Positions 25,969 through 29,538 of a stretch of 29,538 bases of DNA are shown piece by piece. A model generated the notes under the pieces. The model was not told where the DNA came from and ran no database searches. It worked only from the letters and a program-made list of their open reading frames with translations. Within the stretch, counting starts at the first letter, position 1, and each line of letters opens with the position of its first letter. Position numbers and translations under genes: made by a program. Origin of the DNA: Candidatus Altiarchaeota archaeon. Its GTDB lineage: Archaea; Altiarchaeota; Altiarchaeia; IMC4; SCGC-AAA252-I15. The stretch lies in contig JAZDMS010000030.1 of NCBI GenBank assembly GCA_043800705.1, positions 1 through 29,538 on the forward strand, in the 5' to 3' direction.

Positions 25969-26036
25969 TCTGAAGAGGCCTACCTTTTATACCTTGTTAT
26001 GCACAGTATATAATATTTCCTCTGCGTTAATTAAAG

Positions 26037-29000
26037 ATGAGTTTTATCTCTGGACATTTACCAGTCGGTGGCAAAGGTTCTCCCATCATTGTCCTTTTCA
26101 TCTGCTTCCTCGCCCTGCTTGTCATAGTCGGCATGCTCTTCTTCAACACAGCCACCCCCACCGGGGCGGCGGTTGCGGCCTCCTATAAGGTCGAGTTCGC
26201 CTCGGAGCCCCAGGGCGCTTACGTATCCGTTGACAAGCTGCAAAACCGGATAACCCAGACACCAGACGCCTGGTATCTCACCCCTGGAGAACATAAAATC
26301 TTCTTCTACAAGGCCGGATACGTGACATATGAGACGACCGTGAACGTCGCAGGCTCCGGCACGAAGGTGACCGCGACACTCACACCCTTCCAGACGACGA
26401 CAACTTCGACAACCATTAGAACCACAACGTCGACGACAACAAGCACCACCATCCAATCTTCAACGACAATGACTACCCTCGATGGTTATTCAAAATCTGA
26501 CATCACGCCGGATGGACTCGATGGTGAAGGAATCTCCCAGGCGCTGAAAACGGATATCCTCCGACTTTCGACGGACAGGCGCATGGAATTGAAAGCCAAA
26601 CTTGAGGGTTTTCGGAAAAAAATCAGGGAAAAGGGGGTAAAATGGACCGCCGGCTACACATCCAAATCAATCCTATCCGAGGAAGAACAGAAGAGACTCT
26701 GCGGCGTGCTCGGTTTGCAGGCCGTTCAAGAGATGCAAACCCTCAAGTCCACCTCATCAATGTCATCCGTCTCTTCAGTCAACTCGCCCATCTCGTTTGA
26801 CTGGCGAAACAGACATGGCCAAAATTACGTCTCGCCAGTACGTGACCAAGGACAGTGCGGCAGCTGCTGGGCATTCGCATCACTTGGGGCGTTTGAGGGG
26901 TCAATCACGAGCTATTACAACCAACCCGCATTAATCAAAGACCTGTCAGAACAGGAGATAATTTCGTGTTTCTACAAAATGGGCTGCTGTGGGGCTACCG
27001 CATCCAAGGTGGAGGAGTTATTCTCCACCCATTTTGTTAACAACGGCACCCCCTCTGAACAGTGTTTCCCCTACCAGGCATGCGACAGCAGCCACCAGTA
27101 TTGCTTCGCCTCGTTCAAGGACGGAGACATATGTGCGGATATGATAGATTGTTCGACAAAATGCTCCGATTGGCCGCAGAATGCATGGAAGACCAGGAGC
27201 TATGTTAAGGTTGGATTAAACAGGGAATCGCTCAAACAGGCCATTGGATACTACGGTCCTATAGAGGTTTTCATGATAGTATATGAAGACTTCCTAGCTT
27301 ATACCGGGGGGATTTACTCACACACGTCATTATTCCAAAAAGGGGGGCATGCGGTCACACTCGTCGGCTGGGGGCGTGAAAACGGAGTCGAGTATTGGAT
27401 TTCTAAAAACTCGTGGGGGACAAGCTGGGGCGAAAACGGTTTTTTTAGGATAGCAATGGGAGACTCGGGGATAGATTCCATGGCGGCCCTTGCCGTAGTA
27501 GAACCGATACCATCGACCGGAACACCGCCGCAGAGGATGTGCTTCAACAACGACAACGACGAATTCTGCAACTGGGGCGCGGGCCCAAAACCTGCGACCT
27601 GCCCCACAAACTGCGGGGATATCCAAGACTTCGACGACAGGGTCTTTGGAACCTATGAGATCTGCGAGAACCAGGTTGACGACGACTCCGACGGTCAAAT
27701 AGACTGCGCCGATTCGGCGGACTGCCCTGAGTCAACCTTCTGCGACAGCGCTCATATTAAGGCATGCAACAGTGTTGGAGCGTGCATGCCATTCGAAAAC
27801 TGCGAGACCACAGGGGACGAAGACGGGGACGGGCTAGCCGACTGCATGGACGCAACCAACTGTCCAAAAGGCACGTTCTGCAACCAAGCGCATACCCTCC
27901 TTTGCAATCCGGCCAGGGTCTGCAAACCCCCTGAAAACTGTGAAACGGTCGGCGACGAGGATGGAAACGGCCAAGCCGACTGCGCCGATTCGGCTGCCTG
28001 CCAAGACGGGGCAATCTGCAACCAGGCCCACACCAGAGTATGCGCGGGTGGAAATTGCATAGCAGCGGAAATCTGCTCGGCCCAGGGGGATGAGGATGGC
28101 GACGGTCTCGCAGACTGCATGGACCAGCAGGATTGCAACGGCAGGATATGCGACGCCCAACAAAAGAAGACCTGCATTAACCAGGACTGCAAAGTAACCG
28201 GACTCCCTGTCATGACATATCCATGGTATCCTGGACACCTCGATATTTCGGATAACAAGCTGGTGTTCGAGCTGTACGTGCAGAGTGCGTCTCAAATCTT
28301 CGTTTACGATGTATCTGGAAACAGCACGCTCCAGATCACTTCCAGTGAGATTGATCAGAAGATGCCCCGGATCTCGGCGAACAGGATAGTGTGGCAAACG
28401 TATCCAAAAGCCAGCCTAAACGTTCCAAACAGAGTAGTCTCTTATGACCTGCAAACAGGGGCTCAAAGCACGTTAACGTTGACTGACTTCTACCCTTTTT
28501 ACCCAGACGTAGACGGGGACATCGTTGTTTATTCAGATGACCGGACGATAGCGTTCCCAGGAACCGACACTGACCCAAACTCCGACATCTATCGGTACGA
28601 TTTTTCCACCAGCCAGGAACGGCAGATAACTACGAATCCGCAAGCACAAGAAAAACCCACGTTATCAGGCAGCAAAGTAGTATACACAGACCTTAGGGAT
28701 GGCTATGACATCTACTTATTCGATACGGCTACTGGCATCGAACAGAGGCTGACCACAAGCTCTGCCGACCAATTCGACCCACAAATAGACGGAAAACACA
28801 TAGTATGGGTCGAGGGAGTAATAAGTTCCATATATGACCCCTGGTCCATCTACCTTTACGACATCGATACCAGTCAAACCAGGCGGATATCGTCAGGATC
28901 GAGGAGCCATTCCGCCAGAGTCTCGGGGAATAAAGTGGCTTGGCTGCAGGCCTCATCATCCGGAGCATACGACCTATTCCTGTACGACATCCCAACCGGG

Positions 29001-29538
29001 CAGACCACCCAGTTGACCGCGGGCGCCTTGAAAATAAGTTCCAATCCAGCCATCGACAGGAGGCACCTGATGTGGGCAAGCGGGCAAACACTGTACCTCT
29101 ATTCACTGCCCCAACAAACGCAGAATGAGGACTGCACGACCACAGGGGACGAGGACGGCGACGGCCTGGCAGACTGTTCCGACACAGTCGACTGCCCTGC
29201 CGGAGCCTTCTGCAACAGCGCCCACACCAAGCTGTGCAACGCGCAAGGCGCCTGTGTTGATGGTACTGCCACAACCACGACAACAACGACTACCACGACC
29301 TCGACAACGACGACCCTCTCCGGAGGCTGCAGCGGCAGCCCAGCATACCAGATAACAGACACAGATTATTGTAGCGACCAGTACGGCAGCGGATACACCT
29401 GTGACCAGGTCTCTAACGGAAACACCTACGACTACTGGTTCGGACAAGGCACCGGAACCCCGAAATGGACTTACGGAGACCTGGGTTCGGTGAAATGTGT
29501 GAGTGCAGTCCGTGCATGGGTCTACTCGGGTTATGTGC
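26037..29538 (+). CDS. Large surface protease, partial: TM/signal - PEGA - Thr stalk - C1A papain - Cys/Asp repeats - beta-propeller - Thr stalk - probable discoidin-like domain (missing from ORF track because it runs off the end)
   Basis: ATG 26037 MSFISGHLPVGGKGSPIIVLFICFLALLVIVG; FASEPQGAYVSVD...LTPGEHKIFFYKAGY (PEGA); FDWRN...PVRDQGQCGSCWAF (Cys 26865); GGHAV (His 27348); KNSWG (Asn 27408); QxxPxIxGxxIVW repeats. All motifs checked are in the same frame up to the window end. Confidence 0.93.
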   Translation, partial: MSFISGHLPVGGKGSPIIVLFICFLALLVIVGMLFFNTATPTGAAVAASYKVEFASEPQGAYVSVDKLQNRITQTPDAWYLTPGEHKIFFYKAGYVTYETTVNVAGSGTKVTATLTPFQTTTTSTTIRTTTSTTTSTTIQSSTTMTTLDGYSKSDITPDGLDGEGISQALKTDILRLSTDRRMELKAKLEGFRKKIREKGVKWTAGYTSKSILSEEEQKRLCGVLGLQAVQEMQTLKSTSSMSSVSSVNSPISFDWRNRHGQNYVSPVRDQGQCGSCWAFASLGAFEGSITSYYNQPALIKDLSEQEIISCFYKMGCCGATASKVEELFSTHFVNNGTPSEQCFPYQACDSSHQYCFASFKDGDICADMIDCSTKCSDWPQNAWKTRSYVKVGLNRESLKQAIGYYGPIEVFMIVYEDFLAYTGGIYSHTSLFQKGGHAVTLVGWGRENGVEYWISKNSWGTSWGENGFFRIAMGDSGIDSMAALAVVEPIPSTGTPPQRMCFNNDNDEFCNWGAGPKPATCPTNCGDIQDFDDRVFGTYEICENQVDDDSDGQIDCADSADCPESTFCDSAHIKACNSVGACMPFENCETTGDEDGDGLADCMDATNCPKGTFCNQAHTLLCNPARVCKPPENCETVGDEDGNGQADCADSAACQDGAICNQAHTRVCAGGNCIAAEICSAQGDEDGDGLADCMDQQDCNGRICDAQQKKTCINQDCKVTGLPVMTYPWYPGHLDISDNKLVFELYVQSASQIFVYDVSGNSTLQITSSEIDQKMPRISANRIVWQTYPKASLNVPNRVVSYDLQTGAQSTLTLTDFYPFYPDVDGDIVVYSDDRTIAFPGTDTDPNSDIYRYDFSTSQERQITTNPQAQEKPTLSGSKVVYTDLRDGYDIYLFDTATGIEQRLTTSSADQFDPQIDGKHIVWVEGVISSIYDPWSIYLYDIDTSQTRRISSGSRSHSARVSGNKVAWLQASSSGAYDLFLYDIPTGQTTQLTAGALKISSNPAIDRRHLMWASGQTLYLYSLPQQTQNEDCTTTGDEDGDGLADCSDTVDCPAGAFCNSAHTKLCNAQGACVDGTATTTTTTTTTTSTTTTLSGGCSGSPAYQITDTDYCSDQYGSGYTCDQVSNGNTYDYWFGQGTGTPKWTYGDLGSVKCVSAVRAWVYSGYV
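27657..28200 (+). repeat. Four tandem 135-138 bp coding repeats, with a fifth copy at about 29127
   Basis: ExC...GDEDGDGxADCxD..C..G..CNxAH units start at 27657, 27795, 27933 and 28068. Confidence 0.85.

Overview
The window is most likely archaeal. TTTATA boxes lie 20-30 nt before several starts, and it encodes many Cys-rich, Thr-stalk surface proteins and lipoproteins; this style suggests Ca. Altiarchaeota or a DPANN lineage (inference). Surface hydrolases dominate: an HExxH metallopeptidase, a TSP3-repeat M64-like peptidase, a PLA2-like/VWA fusion, and a large PEGA-papain-propeller protein (26037 to the window end) that is missing from the ORF track. A REC-kinase-REC protein and a single-domain response regulator are also present. 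Two accessory zones flank this core. In 1-8000, four same-orientation intergenic copies of a 32-34 bp motif, G(A/T)ACC(C/A)-N13-15-CGATC(G/T)GGGCGTC, divide unrelated gene blocks like a cassette array: C-terminally anchored surface proteins, a flavodoxin/Isf pair and a PRC-barrel gene. That zone also holds a ~240 nt structured non-coding stretch, head-to-head IS200/IS605-like left ends and gene scraps. In 21860-25970 there is a virus/plasmid-like run of small basic ORFs led by an AbrB-like gene, a chimera of an IS200/IS605-like left end with the 3' end of a group II intron, and an intact IS5 (IS903-group) element without target duplication. The best candidate for an undescribed system is the repeat-delimited cassette region. 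All family assignments are from motifs read by eye; no searches were run.
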